This document shows positions 14,567-15,276 of a stretch of 15,276 nt of DNA, piece after piece. The stretch covers positions 1-15,276 of the forward strand of contig JAWAJB010000021.1 of the NCBI GenBank assembly GCA_038888155.1, read 5' to 3'. The notes under the pieces are model-generated. The model was not told the origin of the DNA. It saw only the letters and a list, made by a program, of their open reading frames with translations, and made no database searches. Position 1 is the stretch's first letter. Each line of letters opens with the position of its first letter. Position numbers and translations under genes: made by a program. The DNA comes from Desulfurococcaceae archaeon (lineage in GTDB: Archaea > Thermoproteota > Thermoprotei_A > Sulfolobales > Desulfurococcaceae).

Positions 14567-15174
14567 GGTTGGCACACCTTCCTATAACCGCAGGATGTAC
14601 ACTTAGAAGCCGGCTGTCTGGTCTCCGGAAATACCTCTTCGGCGATAATCCTCTTCACCTCCTCTATCTTCTTCATAGTATACCTTTTCATCTTCTCTGT
14701 TATGCTGAACTCCAACAAATCGTCGGATTTCTCGTAAACTATGTAACCCTTCTTCGAGACCTTCTTCATGCAACTTTCCAAAAGCAACGCGTAGGCTACC
14801 AGCTGGATTAAGTGATTTTCGCTGACCTTCTTAGGTTTTGGAGAGCTCTTGAACTCAACTGGTGAGGCCTCCATACCGCGTACTACTACACAGTCTATTG
14901 TGCCAACCAACCCCAACTTCTCCGAGTAAAGGTTGACATCGAATAGCTTAACATCGACGTTGAGTTTTTTCGCAAGCTTTCTCCTCCTCTCCTCCAATCT
15001 CACGATCCTATCTTCTGATTCAGTACCCTCTTTCATACATTCCGTAATTCTTTCTCTGAACCCTAAGACGTGCATGAAGTATGGTATCTTTGGACAATAG
15101 ACGAACTGCTTCAGATCGCTCACAGAGAGTGGTTCATTTGACAATGACTCGCTCAGTAACACCTTCAAGACCAC
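14482..15174 (-). CDS. cas4: CRISPR-associated exonuclease Cas4 (true start may be TTG at 15144)
   Basis: SVSDLKQFVYCPK, GTIDCV, PVEFKS and QLVAYALLLE RecB-like motifs. C-terminal CTSCGYRKVC completes the four-Cys Fe-S site. Confidence 0.95.
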   Translation of the reverse strand: MVLKVLLSESLSNEPLSVSDLKQFVYCPKIPYFMHVLGFRERITECMKEGTESEDRIVRLEERRRKLAKKLNVDVKLFDVNLYSEKLGLVGTIDCVVVRGMEASPVEFKSSPKPKKVSENHLIQLVAYALLLESCMKKVSKKGYIVYEKSDDLLEFSITEKMKRYTMKKIEEVKRIIAEEVFPETRQPASKCTSCGYRKVCQPYIPKSLYSFAGVYKVPSKRGTSERLGE

Positions 15175-15276
15175 CCTTTCCTAAGACTTCTCTATACATG
15201 CTACAATAGTTGCAGAATATGAACACCTGCACATTTGCATCCGCCCTAGAAATAGCCTTCTTTAACGCTATAACTA
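15134..15276 (-). CDS. cas2: Partial CRISPR-associated Cas2 (C-terminal 46 aa; not in the ORF track)
   Basis: Manual translation gives ...VIALKKAISRADANVQVFIFCNYCSMYREVLGKGGLEGVTERVIVK*, with the C-terminal D-x-x-V...CxxC...LG pattern typical of Cas2. It overlaps the cas4 start. Confidence 0.75.
   Translation of the reverse strand, partial: VIALKKAISRADANVQVFIFCNYCSMYREVLGKGGLEGVTERVIVK

Noticed and set aside
13942-14606. ORFs 13942-14244 and 14370-14606 (+)
   Set aside because: They run through CRISPR repeats and the leader (recurring FNSLFEI) and are translation artefacts.
2585-14811. Short antisense or alternate-frame ORFs (e.g. 2585-2815, 6419-6832, 7809-8186, 8751-8969, 11822-12076, 13027-13239, 14569-14811)
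   Set aside because: They overlap well-supported genes and have no recognisable motifs.

Overview
Archaeal genomic window, probably Thermoproteota (BRE/TATA promoters, oligo-T terminators, CydAA'-type oxidase, 24-bp repeat ending ATTGAAAG). From left to right it holds: the 3' end of a possible GNAT-like gene and a B12-binding radical SAM gene; a redox/respiratory cluster (Tat-signal TcuA/CobZ-like flavoprotein, ATP-type PEP carboxykinase-like gene, signal-less ApbE flavin transferase, Tat-signal flavocytochrome-c/UrdA-like reductase, and a divergent FdnI-type cytochrome b fused through an internal twin-arginine helix to an Ig-like domain and an FMN-binding SGAT domain); an orphan CRISPR repeat; cydA'/cydA; a peroxiredoxin with a divergent Lrp/AsnC regulator; and a 14-repeat CRISPR array with leader, cas4 and the 3' end of cas2. 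The best candidate for an undescribed system is a flavinylation-based extracytoplasmic electron-transfer chain: quinol to di-heme cytochrome b, to covalently bound FMN, to two Tat-exported reductases. Flavinylation would occur in the cytoplasm before Sec/Tat dual-targeted export. All family calls come from motif recognition by eye. No database searches were run.
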